Of a stretch of DNA of 64,000 bases, positions 1-11,096 are shown piece by piece. The notes under the pieces were generated by a model. The model was not told where the DNA came from and did no database searches. It was given only the letters and a program-made list of their open reading frames with translations. Made by a program: the position numbers and the translations under genes. Source of the DNA: an uncultured Fibrobacteria bacterium (lineage in GTDB: Bacteria; Fibrobacterota; Fibrobacteria; UBA11236). Where the stretch lies: NCBI GenBank assembly GCA_963716395.1, contig OY970309.1, forward strand, positions 1,792,001-1,856,000, read 5' to 3'. How positions within the stretch are numbered: position 1 is the first letter of the stretch; each line of letters begins with the position of its first letter.

Positions 1-2
1 AA

Positions 3-206
3 GGAACCGGCGGGGCCAGAAAAATACGGGCCCGGGCGGGAACCAAAGGAAAAAGCGGCGGGGTGCGGGTGATCTACTACTTCCAGCACGCGGAAACGAT
101 CTGGATGTTGAGCGCCTACCCCAAAAGCAAAAAGGAAAATATATCGGAGAAAGAGAAGAAGCTGATTCGTCTTATCGTGGAAGAGATCAAGGGGGGAGCG
201 GTATGA
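3..206 (+). CDS. RelE/HigB-family type II toxin, 5' truncated by window edge
   Basis: Manual translation GTGGARKIRARAGTKGKSGGVRVIYYF...SAYPKSKKENIS matches the RelE/HigB-2 signature. TGA at 204-206 overlaps the next ATG. Confidence 0.85.
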   Translation, partial: GTGGARKIRARAGTKGKSGGVRVIYYFQHAETIWMLSAYPKSKKENISEKEKKLIRLIVEEIKGGAV

Positions 207-569
207 AAGTGGTGAACAAAAGCTCGACGTGGGCAATTGGAAGAAGCGCTGCGAAGCGTGAAGACCTGGAAAACCGGAAAGACCAAGCTTCGGACTTGGG
301 AGTTAGACGCCGCCGGCCATCGTCGGATGTCTTATCAATCCTACGAAGAGTATCAGCGTGAAAAGCAAAGGGGCAAGAAGCTGAAAACCATCCGCGAACA
401 GATGGGCCTTTCGCAGAACCGATTCGCCCACGCCATGCGGACATCCGTTCGGACGTTGCAAGGGTGGGAGGTTGGTAAAAGCGTTCCAACCCCCGCCGTC
501 GTGCTTGCCGAACTTCTGCGCGACAGCGAAGATGTGAGACGGCGTTTGATGCGCGAGGCGGCAGGCTAA
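203..569 (+). CDS. HigA-like Cro/C1 HTH antitoxin
   Basis: LKTIREQMGLSQNRFA...SVRTLQGWEVG HTH in ORF 237..569. The coupled ATG at 203 joins this frame only if one A of the A-run near 218-221 is removed. Alternative start is TTG 237. Confidence 0.8.
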
Positions 570-619
570 AACCGGAGCCAAAAGCGCGAGTAATCCGCGC
601 CCCGTTGTACTTTTAACCC

Positions 620-823
620 ATGTCCTCCGATTCGAATCGGCTATCCCAAAGCCTGGCCGCAGGTACGGCGCTGTTGCTTTTGTATGCGGCCTGGAAGAGA
701 AGGCGCAATTGGCCCCGCCTCGCGCTGGGTCTATTGGTCGCCGCCGGTGAGCGTTGGCGCGACAGTCGCGATCGCCTCCGCTGGCAAGTTCTGAAGGCCG
801 ATCCCGGGGGAGAAAAAATTTGA
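620..823 (+). CDS. small hypothetical membrane protein
   Basis: 67 aa with a hydrophobic stretch followed by KRRR. Its stop overlaps the TTG start of the next gene. Confidence 0.4.
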   Translation: MSSDSNRLSQSLAAGTALLLLYAAWKRRRNWPRLALGLLVAAGERWRDSRDRLRWQVLKADPGGEKI

Positions 824-2346
824 ACCGTCCACAATCTTCACCGCCTCCGATTTTTGATTCCGCCGACGCGGCGCGGCTGGCTGCAGCCGGAATCACCCCC
901 GACGACGCGTTGCGACAACTGGATTGCCTGCGGCGCGGCGCCGTATTCCAACGGCTCTTGCGCCCCGGCGTGATCGGCGACGGCATCGAAACATCACCCA
1001 AGAAGACCCGGGCCGAAGAAGCCGAAGAAGCCGAAGAAGCCGAAGCATTTCAGCGCGCTTGCGCCGAAGGGCGCGTGCTGCATTTCATTCCCGCTTCCGG
1101 AGCGGCCTCGCGCATGGTGGCCGCCATGCAGCGGACGCTGGAGGCGCTGCACACGGGCTCGGCGGACGAATTGGAAAAACGCGCCGCCGCCGGCGACGTC
1201 GATGCCCGGTCGGCCTGGAAGGTGTGGCGCGAATGGGATCGCCTGCCCTTTGATCGCATTCCCGGCTCTGATTGGAACGCGCTGCGGAGTCAAGGCAACG
1301 CGGCCGCTTTGCTGGCGGCGCTGCTGCATGCGCCCGGACAGGGCGTGGCCGAACTACCCAAAGCCATGGTGCCGTTTCACCGCCACGGCGCGGAGCGGCG
1401 TACGCCGTTGGAAGAGCATTTGCGCGAAGCCTCGGCCCTGGCCGGGCCGGCGGCCGTCGCTCGCGTGCATTTCACCTTTGCGCCCGAGCACGAGGCGCAA
1501 CTCCGCTGCCATCTGGACCAAATGCTCCGGAAGCTGCGGGCCGAAGGGCTCCGCCTCGAAGCCGATTATTCCCTGCAAGCGGCCTCGACCCAAACCCTGG
1601 CGCTGGATGCCGACGGAAATCCGTTTCGCGACGCCGACGGAACCTTGGTGTTACGACCGGGCGGCCACGGGTCTTTGCTGGCCAACCTCGCGGCCTGCGG
1701 CGCCGAGTTCGCCTGGATCCGCAACATCGACAACATCGCGGCCGAACCCCGCCGCTCCCAGGGAAGGCTGCGGCGTCGGGCTCTGGCCGGGCGCCTTATT
1801 CGCCTGGCGGCCGAACGCGATGCGCTGCTGCGTGGCGCCGCGGCGGATGGCGGGGCTTTGTGGCTGCGCCGACTGGGCGCGACTCCGGCCGGCGAATCCG
1901 AAGTGTTGCGCGTGGCCGACCGCCCGCTGCGTGTTTGCGGCATGGTGCCCAATACCGGCGAGCCCGGCGGTGGACCATTCTGGGCGGCCGGTCCGCAGGG
2001 GGCGGCCTTGCGCATCGTCGAGGCCTCCGAAGTCGACGCTTCCGACCCGGCCCAAACCGCTACTTTCCGTTCGGCCACGCATTTCAATCCCGTCGACATG
2101 GTATGCGCGCTGCGCGACGCCCGGGGCCGGCCCTACCACTTACCGGACTTCGCCGATGCCGACGGCTACGGCGTCGCATCCAAGACCTATGCCGGCCGGC
2201 CGTTGCGGGCCCTGGAATGGCCGGGGCTTTGGAACGGCGGCATGGCGGGTTGGAACACGGTGTGCGTCGAAATTCCCCTGGCGCTGTTTTCGCCGGTCAA
2301 AACCGTGCTGGATTTGCTGCGGCCCGATCACCAGGAAACGGCCTGA
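820..2346 (+). CDS. DUF4301 family protein
   Basis: PASGAASRM, RPGGHGSLL, NIDN, RVCGMVPNTGEPGGGPFW, THFNPVD, LEWPGLWNG, PVKTV motifs. Start uncertain (754 or 820). Confidence 0.85.
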   Translation: MNRPQSSPPPIFDSADAARLAAAGITPDDALRQLDCLRRGAVFQRLLRPGVIGDGIETSPKKTRAEEAEEAEEAEAFQRACAEGRVLHFIPASGAASRMVAAMQRTLEALHTGSADELEKRAAAGDVDARSAWKVWREWDRLPFDRIPGSDWNALRSQGNAAALLAALLHAPGQGVAELPKAMVPFHRHGAERRTPLEEHLREASALAGPAAVARVHFTFAPEHEAQLRCHLDQMLRKLRAEGLRLEADYSLQAASTQTLALDADGNPFRDADGTLVLRPGGHGSLLANLAACGAEFAWIRNIDNIAAEPRRSQGRLRRRALAGRLIRLAAERDALLRGAAADGGALWLRRLGATPAGESEVLRVADRPLRVCGMVPNTGEPGGGPFWAAGPQGAALRIVEASEVDASDPAQTATFRSATHFNPVDMVCALRDARGRPYHLPDFADADGYGVASKTYAGRPLRALEWPGLWNGGMAGWNTVCVEIPLALFSPVKTVLDLLRPDHQETA

Positions 2347-2371
2347 ATCCTTCGGCGCTTTCCCCGGTCGG

Positions 2372-2417
2372 GGATTTTTTACCCATCGGATTTTTACCCA
2401 TCGGGTTTTTGTCCACC
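2372..2417. repeat. three degenerate ~15-bp tandem repeats (GGATTTTTACCCATC)
   Basis: ggattttttacccatc / ggatttttacccatc / gggtttttgtccacc between convergent genes. Confidence 0.7.
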
Positions 2418-2421
2418 AGAT

Positions 2422-3495
2422 TTACAATAAGCTGCGGCTCCGCAGACCGGAGGCGTAGGACAGAGGCGGCGCGGGATCGGGATCGTCGGGCAGGCTGAAC
2501 AAAGTGATGGAATTGTTGAAGATGGCCCAGGAGCGGAAGCGCTGCATGGAGTCGCCGTCGCTGTCGAGGCGCCAGTTGGGTTCGCCCGCATAGCGTTTGT
2601 CTTCGTTGAACCAGACGAAAGAGCGCAAATCGGGATCGGCGTTGAAGTGCTGGAGAAAATCCAGAATCCACGCCGCTTTTTGGGGGCCGTCGGCGCAGCC
2701 CACTTCGGTAATCCACAGCGGCTTGCGGGCGAAGTGTTTTTTCATGCCGGCGATGGAGGCGGAGAACACCTGGGAGAAACTTTGCCAGACATGCGGATGG
2801 CGGGCTCCGAAGTTGTAGCCGTCGAGACCCACCACGTCGACATAACGGTCGCCCGGATAATAGGGGAGGATGTCATGGGCAAAGGTGCGGTCACCCCAGA
2901 GCACATTGGCGCTGAACACCCAGCGCACGTTGCGCGCGCCGGCGCGCTGGAAGATGGCATGGACATGGCGCCAGGCGCGGCGGAACAATTCGGGTTGCTC
3001 GCCCCAGGCCGTCCAGTCGCCGTTCATTTCGTAGCCGAAGCGGTAATAGACGATGCCGTGAAAATTCTTGGCCGCGCGTGCAAAGTTGCGGAAGTAGCCG
3101 TCCCAATGGCCTTGCAGGATTTCCGAGAGAATGCGGGGATCCCAGTCCTGACCGTATGCGCACAACTCCTGGGTGACGATGGACTGGATATTCCGCTCGG
3201 CGTTGAAGCGCACCACGTCGCCGGGAAAGCCGCGCTGCAGATCGACGAAGTAGAGGGCATAGGAGGGCGGAGTGCCCAGCGCCATGATCTCGCGGGTCAA
3301 TCCGTCGCCGTAGGACGCGTCTTTATCCCATTGATACATGCCGAAAGATTTTTTGATCCCGAGGTCCGAGGAATCCGCAGGGGGCGGGGTGTCGTCTGCG
3401 GTCGATGTGTTCTGAGGTGCGGGCGCTTGGCAACTCCAACACCACAGGCCCATGGCCGCCGGCAACCACGGAAATCGAAATCGGATTTCAGGCAT
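2422..3495 (-). CDS. glycoside hydrolase family 26 (beta-mannanase-like), probable lipoprotein
   Basis: RFGYEMNGDW (acid/base), YYPGDRYVDVVGLDGYN, KPLWITEVG (nucleophile). N-terminal signal ending WSC. Confidence 0.85.
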   Translation of the reverse strand: MPEIRFRFPWLPAAMGLWCWSCQAPAPQNTSTADDTPPPADSSDLGIKKSFGMYQWDKDASYGDGLTREIMALGTPPSYALYFVDLQRGFPGDVVRFNAERNIQSIVTQELCAYGQDWDPRILSEILQGHWDGYFRNFARAAKNFHGIVYYRFGYEMNGDWTAWGEQPELFRRAWRHVHAIFQRAGARNVRWVFSANVLWGDRTFAHDILPYYPGDRYVDVVGLDGYNFGARHPHVWQSFSQVFSASIAGMKKHFARKPLWITEVGCADGPQKAAWILDFLQHFNADPDLRSFVWFNEDKRYAGEPNWRLDSDGDSMQRFRSWAIFNNSITLFSLPDDPDPAPPLSYASGLRSRSLL

Positions 3496-3615
3496 GGGCG
3501 TAACCCGATATTTATTATACCCGGAAATCGCAGCCGGGTCTTTTGCGCCGGCGCAGACCGGCCGCCCAAGAGACTACCCAAGAGGCTAAATTGGGGGTCC
3601 TAACAAAGGAAGCAC

Positions 3616-4293
3616 ATGCACGGCAAGGAACGCGCGGGTCACTGGGCCGCCGGCCAAGTTCAAGACGGCATGACGGTGGGCCTCGGCACCGGATCCACGG
3701 CGGAATTTTTCGTGCGGGCTTTGGCGGCACGCGTACGCGCCGAAGGGTTGCGCGTGCGGGCGGCGGCGAGTTCTTATGCCTCCGCTTTGCTGGCCGCGGA
3801 GTTGGGGCTTCCAGTGCTGCCTTTGGAACAGCTCGGGGCCTTCGATTTGTATGCCGACGGCGCCGACGAAGTCGATCCGCACAAGCGGCTGCTCAAAGGA
3901 CGGGGCGCGGCCATGGTGCGCGAAAAAGTGCTGGCGCAGGCCGCGGCGCGTTTCCTCGTGTTGATCGATTCCGGCAAGCGGGTCGAACGCCTGGGCACCC
4001 GTCATCCTGTGCCGGTCGAGGTTTTTCCTTTTGCCTACGGCGTCACCCGGCATGCGTTGGAAGCCTTGGGCGCCGCCGTGGTTTTGCGCATCTCCGGGGG
4101 CAAAGACGGGCCGGTGATCACCGATCAGGGCAATCTGGTGCTCGATGCGCGCTTTCCCGCCGACACGGATTGGAGCCGCATGGAAACCGATCTCAACGCC
4201 CTTCCCGGGGTGGCGGGCCATGGTCTTTTCACCCGTTACGCTGATCATATCACTTTGGTTGTGGGCGGCGATGCGGGCGTGGAGTTGCTGTGA
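3616..4293 (+). CDS. rpiA: ribose-5-phosphate isomerase A
   Basis: GLGTGST, DGADEVD, KGRGAAMVREK, VITDQGN motifs. Confidence 0.95.
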   Translation: MHGKERAGHWAAGQVQDGMTVGLGTGSTAEFFVRALAARVRAEGLRVRAAASSYASALLAAELGLPVLPLEQLGAFDLYADGADEVDPHKRLLKGRGAAMVREKVLAQAAARFLVLIDSGKRVERLGTRHPVPVEVFPFAYGVTRHALEALGAAVVLRISGGKDGPVITDQGNLVLDARFPADTDWSRMETDLNALPGVAGHGLFTRYADHITLVVGGDAGVELL

Positions 4294-4910
4294 CAAAGGG
4301 TCCGGCGCAGTGGCTGATCAAAAGCTTTCTCAAGGGCCTGCTGTTAACCGTGCCCTTAGTGGTCACCCTGTGGGTGGTTTATGCGCTTTTCCGCACCATC
4401 GACGGGATTCTTCGGCTGCCGATTCCCGGCGCGGGATTTTTGCTCACGGTTTCGATTCTCATCATCATCGGCGCCATGGGATCCAACATTCTGGTGCGGC
4501 GGGCCGTGCTGGGGCTGGAAAGCCTGTTGAACCGCTTGCCCTTTGTCAAGCTGATCTACTTCTCGCTCAAGGATCTCATCGGCGCCTTCGTGGGCGAAAA
4601 GAAAAGCTTCAAGTTTCCGGTGCTGGTGACGCTGCAGCCGGGCAGCGAGGTCAAGCTGGTGGGATTCGTCACTTCGGAGTCGTTGGATTGGCCCGGCGTC
4701 GAAGGCCAGGTGGCCGTTTATTTGCCGCAGTCTTATAACTACTCGGGTTTTTTGGTGGTGGTGCCGCGGTCCCAGATCGTCCCGCTGCCCCCGGAAGAAA
4801 GCTCGCGCTGGCTGGCGTTCATCGTCTCCGGCGGCGTTTCGGGGGGCCGTCCCGGCGAACAGCATATCGGCGGTGAGGATTTCAGCCTGGCCAAATTCCC
4901 GCAAGCCTGA
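4290..4910 (+). CDS. DUF502 family membrane protein
   Basis: FLKGLLLTVP, RLPFVKLIY, VAVYLPQSYN, FIVSGG. Two N-terminal TM segments. Confidence 0.85.
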   Translation: MTKGPAQWLIKSFLKGLLLTVPLVVTLWVVYALFRTIDGILRLPIPGAGFLLTVSILIIIGAMGSNILVRRAVLGLESLLNRLPFVKLIYFSLKDLIGAFVGEKKSFKFPVLVTLQPGSEVKLVGFVTSESLDWPGVEGQVAVYLPQSYNYSGFLVVVPRSQIVPLPPEESSRWLAFIVSGGVSGGRPGEQHIGGEDFSLAKFPQA

Positions 4911-4963
4911 GTCAGCCGCGCGGCCGGCCCGAATTCGGCGTGCGCTCTTGGTATTTTTTAAGC

Positions 4964-6436
4964 ATGGCCCACCTCTGGAAATATGCCGGAATCGCGGCTG
5001 CCCTGATCTTGGCAACGGGTTGCCATCGCGCCCCCTGGAGCCATGGCGAAGTTCCGCCCCAACTGCTGGGCACGCCGTCCGGGGATACTTCCCCGCCGGT
5101 CGCCGCGGGTAAGTACGACAACTTTCAGGAGATTTTTGCCGACGTGGCCGAAGCGGCCCTGCCCGCCGTGGTCAGCGTCCACAGCGAAAAGCAGGTGGCC
5201 TCGGACGAATCTTCGCCGTCCTTGAACGGATCCCCCTTCGAGTACTTTTTCGGCGCCCCGGGTTCGGGCACGCATGAGGAGGCCGGTTTGGGTTCGGGCG
5301 TGCTCATCGATTCTTCGGGCATCATCCTCACCAACAACCACGTGATCGAGGGGGCGGATCGCATCGAAGTGCAATTGCACGACGACCGCGAATTCGATGC
5401 CGACGTCGTGGGCGCCGACAAGCCCTCGGATCTCGCGGTGATTCGCATCCGGGGCGGCCACGGGCCTTTTCCTTTTCTGCGCCTGGGCGACTCCGACAAG
5501 CTGCGCATCGGCGAATGGGTGTTGGCCGTGGGCAGCCCCTACGGGCTTTCGCAAACCGTGACCACCGGCATCATCTCGGCCAAGGGGCGGCACAACACCG
5601 GCATCAACAGCTATGAAAACTTTCTGCAAACCGACGCGGCCATTAACCCCGGCAATTCGGGAGGCGCGCTGCTGAACCTGCGCGGCGAACTCATCGGCAT
5701 CAACACCGCGATTTTTTCCGAGAGCGGCGGCTATCAGGGCATCGGGTTCGCAATCCCGATCAACATGGCCCGCAAAATCTCCGCCGACCTCATCCGGGAC
5801 GGCGCCGTGACCCGGGGTTGGCTGGGGGTGTCGGTGCAGCCGCTCGACCCGGACTTGGCGCAAGCCTTGGGCGTCAAAGACCGCAAGGGCGCCTTGGTGG
5901 GCGGGGTGGTGCCGGGCAGCCCGGCCGATCATACCGGCATCAAACGGGGAGATGTCATCGAACGTGTGGATCGCACGCCCATCGAAGATCCCAACGACCT
6001 GCTCAACCAAATCGCCCTGGATGCGCCGGGTTCGTGGGCGCACGTGGTGGTGAACCGCGACGGCAAAGAGCTTTCCTTCCAGGTCAAAATCGGGCGGCGC
6101 GACGAAAGCCACCTGGCTTCGTATCAAAAACTGGAGCAGCAGGACGCCTCGGAAACCGAGGCCCTGGGACTCAAGGTCGAGGATTTATCACCGCAGTTGC
6201 GCAGCGATTACCGCATCGATGCCGGCGTGACTCACGGCGCGGTGATTACTTCGGTCGATCCCGGCGGCCGCGCGGCGCGCGCGCGTCTGCGCGAAGGCGA
6301 TGTGATTCAAGAAGTCAACCGCCGGCGGGTGATGACGGCCGAAGACTTCCGCCGCGAGTTCCGCAAAAGCCGCAACGGCAACCGCATTTTGCTGCTGGTC
6401 AACCGCCGCGGCAGCACTTTTTTCTGTGCCCTTTGA
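4964..6436 (+). CDS. Do/DegP/HtrA family serine endoprotease with two PDZ domains
   Basis: TNNHVI, DLAVI, QTDAAINPGNSGG catalytic triad. Lipoprotein-like signal (ATGC). Confidence 0.95.
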   Translation: MAHLWKYAGIAAALILATGCHRAPWSHGEVPPQLLGTPSGDTSPPVAAGKYDNFQEIFADVAEAALPAVVSVHSEKQVASDESSPSLNGSPFEYFFGAPGSGTHEEAGLGSGVLIDSSGIILTNNHVIEGADRIEVQLHDDREFDADVVGADKPSDLAVIRIRGGHGPFPFLRLGDSDKLRIGEWVLAVGSPYGLSQTVTTGIISAKGRHNTGINSYENFLQTDAAINPGNSGGALLNLRGELIGINTAIFSESGGYQGIGFAIPINMARKISADLIRDGAVTRGWLGVSVQPLDPDLAQALGVKDRKGALVGGVVPGSPADHTGIKRGDVIERVDRTPIEDPNDLLNQIALDAPGSWAHVVVNRDGKELSFQVKIGRRDESHLASYQKLEQQDASETEALGLKVEDLSPQLRSDYRIDAGVTHGAVITSVDPGGRAARARLREGDVIQEVNRRRVMTAEDFRREFRKSRNGNRILLLVNRRGSTFFCAL

Positions 6437-6557
6437 TTTCTGAAAAATCGCTTAACGGTTTCCCCCAAGTTTGGTCCCAAGTTTAGGGTTGATTCTTCTG
6501 AACAAGGGTCGGCGTGTGGCTTTTTTGAGGTTCGGCCCGGATTTTTGTCGCGGAGGC

Positions 6558-6585
6558 TCATCTTCGGGGGAAAGCCGGCCGATAT
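6558..6585 (+). promoter_or_regulatory. possible sigma28 (FliA) promoter of fliW-csrA
   Basis: GCCGATAT at 6578-6585 (7/8 match to GCCGATAA). Only a weak -35 (TCAT) 16 nt upstream. Confidence 0.35.
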
Positions 6586-6623
6586 TAAGAACGCGTTGAT
6601 CCCAAACCCAGCAAGGGGATATT

Positions 6624-7121
6624 ATGAAAGCCAGCTTCTATGAATCCGCCGCCGAGCTCACCCTTACCCCCGCGGCCGATGCCGAATTCGAAGGGAGCCT
6701 GGGGTTGGTGCAGGTGAATCCGGGCGAGGTGCAATGGACCGAAGACCAGGTAATCCATTTTCCGGCCGGTATTCCCGGTTTCGAAAACGCGCGCCGCTTC
6801 ATCGTTTTGTCGGTTCCCCAATACGAGCCGTTTCATTGGATGGAATGCGTGGACGGTCTGCCGGTGCGCTTCGCCATCATCAATCCGCTCACCTTCCGCC
6901 CCGATTACCAGCCCAAGATCCGCAAATCCGATTTGGGCACTTTGCAGATCCGCGATCCCAAAGACCTGCTGTTGTACGTGATCGTTACCTTGCGCAGGCC
7001 GCTGGCCGAGTCTACCGCCAACCTCATGGGCCCTTTGTTCATCAACATCCGGGAACGGGTCGGCCGGCAAATTCTGATCGAGAACGACGCCTATTCCCTG
7101 CAGGAGCCCATTCTCCCGTGA
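6624..7121 (+). CDS. fliW: flagellar assembly factor FliW (CsrA antagonist)
   Basis: [37 protein letters not shown]. Directly upstream of csrA. Confidence 0.93.
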   Translation: MKASFYESAAELTLTPAADAEFEGSLGLVQVNPGEVQWTEDQVIHFPAGIPGFENARRFIVLSVPQYEPFHWMECVDGLPVRFAIINPLTFRPDYQPKIRKSDLGTLQIRDPKDLLLYVIVTLRRPLAESTANLMGPLFINIRERVGRQILIENDAYSLQEPILP

Positions 7122-7128
7122 AGCCGGA

Positions 7129-7359
7129 ATGCTGATTCTGACCCGCAAGCTGGGTGAATCGATCCGCATCAGCGACAACATCTGCATCACCTTGGTCGAA
7201 GTCGACGGCAAAACCGTCAAACTCGGCATCGATGCCCCGCGGGAAATTTCCATCCACCGCGAAGAGGTATATCAGCGGTTGCTCGAGGAAAATCGCGCGG
7301 CCACCGCCGGCGCGGAGAAGGATTTGCAGAGCATCGCCGCGCTGTTCAAGAAAAAGTGA
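7129..7359 (+). CDS. csrA: carbon storage regulator CsrA
   Basis: [14 protein letters not shown]...[19 protein letters not shown] with the C-terminal EN extension of FliW-regulated CsrA. Confidence 0.97.
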   Translation: MLILTRKLGESIRISDNICITLVEVDGKTVKLGIDAPREISIHREEVYQRLLEENRAATAGAEKDLQSIAALFKKK

Positions 7360-7521
7360 CCCCGACTCCGGGGAACAAAATACGCCACCCATGTTGCCGC
7401 GCGAATTCCGGCCGGCCGAGACCAAGTCAGGGCGGAACGCGCGTCGGTTTCTCCGCCGGTTTTAATACTTTAGTGGCCCTTGCTCCCTGATTGGGGGCCA
7501 GAACTTACAGGCGACGTCCCC

Positions 7522-10378
7522 ATGATTCTCAACAGTTTGCTGGCCAAAATTTTCGGCACCAGCCATCAGCGCGAAATCAAGCGGATTTTGCCCATGGTCG
7601 AAGCCATCAACGCCGCCGCATCGGCGGTGGAGGGGCTCGACGACGAAGCTCTGGTCGCCAGGACTGCGGCCCTGCGGGCAGAATTGCAGCAGGGCAAAAC
7701 CCTGGACGACATCTTGACGCCGGCGTTTGCCGTGTGCCGCGAAGCCGCCGACCGGCGCCTGGGCATGCTAAACCCGCTGAATCCGGATTTCGTCTTCGAC
7801 CTCTCCCGGCTTTCGCCCGACTCGCGCCGCCGGGTGGAAGAAGCGCGGCAGGCTCTGGCCGACGGCGCCGAACACCACACCTTGCTGTTCCCCGCCGGCT
7901 ACTATGCCGAGATTCGCGCGCTATACCCCGAGAGCCGGTATCCGTTCCGCTACCGTCCTTTCGACGTGCAACTCATCGGCGGCATCGTGCTGCATGAGGG
8001 CAAGGTGGCCGAGATGAAGACGGGCGAAGGCAAAACCGTGGTGGCCACGCTGCCGGTGTATCTCAACGCCCTCGCAGGTAAAGGCGTACACGTGGTCACG
8101 GTGAACGACTACCTGGCCAAGCGCGACGCCGAAACCATGGGCAAAGTGTACCGGTTTCTGGACCTTTCCGTGGGCATCGTCGTGCACGGGCAGGACGAAG
8201 ACCAGAAACGCGCGGGTTACGCCGCCGACGTCACCTACGGCACCAACAACGAGTTTGGCTTCGACTACCTGCGCGACAACATGGCGCATGAACTCGAAGA
8301 CTGCGTGCAGCGCGATCTCAACTTCGCCATCGTCGACGAGGTCGATTCGATTCTCATCGACGAGGCGCGCACCCCGCTCATCATTTCCGGGCCGGCGGAA
8401 GAAAGCACCGACAAATACCGCAAGGCCAACGAGGTGGTGCGCCACCTGCAGAAGGAAACGCATTACACCCTCGACGAGAAGGAAAAACACGTCTCGCTCA
8501 CCGAAGAGGGTGTGAACGTGTGCGAAAAGCAACTCGGGCTCGAGAACCTCTACGGCGATCTCAATGTGGAGTGGGTGCACCATGTGCAGCAGGCGCTCAA
8601 GGCCCACGTGATTTTCAAGCGCGACGTCGACTATATGGTGCGCAACCGCGAAGTGGTGATCGTCGACGAATTCACCGGCCGCCTGATGGAGGGCCGGCGT
8701 TATTCCGAGGGGCTGCACCAGGCCATCGAAGCCAAGGAAAACGTGCCCATCAAGCGCGAAAACCAGACGCTGGCCACCATCACCTTCCAGAATCTGTTTC
8801 GCCTGTACCAGAAGCTTTCGGGCATGACCGGCACCGCCGACACCGAAGCCAGCGAGCTCATGGAGATCTATAAGATCAAGGTGGTGGTCATTCCCACCAA
8901 CAAGCCCATGATCCGCGCCGATCGCGACGACGTGGTGTTCAAAACCCGCGATGAAAAGCTCCGCCACATCGTCGAAGACATCAAGGAACGGTACGAAAAA
9001 GGGCAGCCCATGCTGGTGGGCACGGTTTCGATCGAGAAATCCGAAGAGCTTTCGGCTCAGCTTACGCGCGCCGGCGTGCCCCACAACGTGCTCAACGCCA
9101 AGAATCACGAGAAGGAAGCGGGCATCATCGCCGGGGCGGGCGTGAAGGGCAACGTCACCATCGCCACCAATATGGCGGGCCGCGGCACCGATATACAGTT
9201 GGGCGAGGGCGTGGTGGAACGGGGCGGCCTTTACGTGCTGGGCACCGAGCGCCACGAAAGCCGCCGCATCGACAATCAGTTGCGCGGCCGCTCCGGCCGC
9301 CAGGGCGATCCTGGCGAATCGTTGTTTTACCTGTCGCTCGAAGACGACCTCATGCGCATTTTCGGATCCGACCGCATCAAGAAGTGGATGGACCGCATGG
9401 GCGTGCAGGAAGACGAGGTCATCTCGCATCCCATGGTCAACCGCGCCATCGCCACGGCGCAGACACGGGTGGAAGCGCAGAACTTCGAAATCCGCAAGCA
9501 CCTGCTCGAATACGACGACGTGATGAACAAGCAGCGCACCGTGGTGTACGGACTGCGCCGCCGCATCCTGCAGGGCGAGGAGGTCAAAGACGAAATCACG
9601 GCCCGCCTGGAGAACGCCGCCGAACTGGTGACCGAGCAATACGCCGTCGGTAATTATCCCGAAGCCTGGGATTTGGAAAAATTCTACTCCGAGGTGAAGC
9701 GCGCCTTCGACCTCGACTACCGCATTTCCGAAGACGCCATCCACCACCAGACCACCGACGAAACCATGGATGAGCTCGCCGGCAGGCTGCGCGAGAAATA
9801 CGCCGCCATTGAGCAGTCCATCGGTTCGGAAAGCATGCGCGCCATCGAACGCCAGGTGCTTTTGGGTGTCATCGATCATGCCTGGCGCGAGCATCTGTAC
9901 GCCATGGATCACCTGCGCGACGCCACCCGCTTTCGCGGTTACGCGCAGAAGGATCCGCTGCAGGAGTATAAGCAGGAAGGTTTCGCCCTGTTCGGAGCGA
10001 CGCTGGAGCGGGTGGCCCTCGACACGGCCCAGCGCATCATGCACATCGATCCCAATTTTCTTCAGCGCCAGCAGGAGGCGCAGCGCCGCGCCCGCGAAGT
10101 GGAGCAACGCATGCGTCAGGCGATGCAGTTCAGCGCGCCGGGCGAACCCGGGGGCGGCTTGTCCGTCGAAGGCGCCGCCGAACCCGCCCTGGCGGCCGTA
10201 GGTGCGGGAGCCAGACCCATGGCCGGCCCGCTGCCTGGCACCGTGGTGCAATCGCGTCCGGCGCCGGCCGCGCGCGCAGCGGATCCTGTCTAACGCTTTC
10301 AAAAATGTCGGCCGCAACGATCCCTGTCCGTGCGGCAGCGGCAAGAAATTCAAAAAATGCCACGGGCTGGAGGCGTGA
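7522..10378 (+). CDS. secA: preprotein translocase SecA (frameshift before the SEC-C tail)
   Basis: [43 protein letters not shown]. The ORF stops at 10293, but [21 protein letters not shown] continues in the +1 frame to TGA 10378. Confidence 0.97.
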
Positions 10379-10995
10379 ATCGTTTCTTCGTCATCGACGG
10401 CATCGACGGCGCCGGCAAGTCCACGCAGGCGGCTCTGCTGGCCGAAAGCCTGGAGCGCGAAGGCCGCAGCGTGGCCCGCGTGCGCGATCCCGGCGGCACC
10501 AAATTATCGGATCGCATCCGGGAAATTTTGTTGCAACCCGATCACCTTCCGGCGCCGGCCGCCGAACTGTGCCTGTACGCCGCCGCCCGGGCGCAACTGG
10601 TACGCGAAGTCATAATTCCGGCCCTGGAGGCGGGGGCCGTGGTGGTCGCCGATCGCTTCACCTGGTCGACCTACGCCTATCAGGGGATGGGGCGCGGACT
10701 GCCGCGCCATCACATCGAGCAACTCGAAGCCATTGCCTGCGTGGGCACGAAACCGGGGCATGTCTTCGTGCTCGATCTGCCGGCCGAGTCTCGCGCCGGT
10801 CGGCTGCGGCAAAAAGGCGGCATGCCCGATCGGTTGGAGTCGGAAAGCGACGCGTTTTTCACGCGCGTACGCGAGGCTTTTCTGACTCGGGCGCACGAGC
10901 ATCCGCACAGCAGCAGCGTGATCGACGCGACCCAGACGCCGGCGATCGTGCACGCCGCCATCGCCGCCAAGGTGCGGGAACTGCTGACCGCGTGA
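10375..10995 (+). CDS. tmk: thymidylate kinase
   Basis: [11 protein letters not shown]-loop, [26 protein letters not shown] start overlaps the secA tail stop. Confidence 0.93.
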   Translation: MNRFFVIDGIDGAGKSTQAALLAESLEREGRSVARVRDPGGTKLSDRIREILLQPDHLPAPAAELCLYAAARAQLVREVIIPALEAGAVVVADRFTWSTYAYQGMGRGLPRHHIEQLEAIACVGTKPGHVFVLDLPAESRAGRLRQKGGMPDRLESESDAFFTRVREAFLTRAHEHPHSSSVIDATQTPAIVHAAIAAKVRELLTA

Positions 10996-11096
10996 AACGC
11001 CGGGATTCGAGGCCGCGGATTTCGTAATATGCAGGACGGCGGAATTTTCATCCACTCGCAAAGGGGCGGAGACGCAGGTTGGCCGCCGGGGAGCCC

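Noticed and set aside
1012-1047. GCCGAAGAA tandem repeat as phase-variation tract
   Set aside because: The 9-bp unit is in frame (AEE repeats), so copy changes would not switch expression.
7921-10353. 810-aa antisense ORF and other long overlapping ORFs (e.g. 1202..2458, 4958..6127, 52072..53256)
   Set aside because: These are shadow frames of well-supported genes in GC-rich DNA, with no motifs of their own.
10260-10378. Programmed frameshift producing SecA with or without SEC-C
   Set aside because: No slippery sequence before the stop, and similar +1 errors occur elsewhere.
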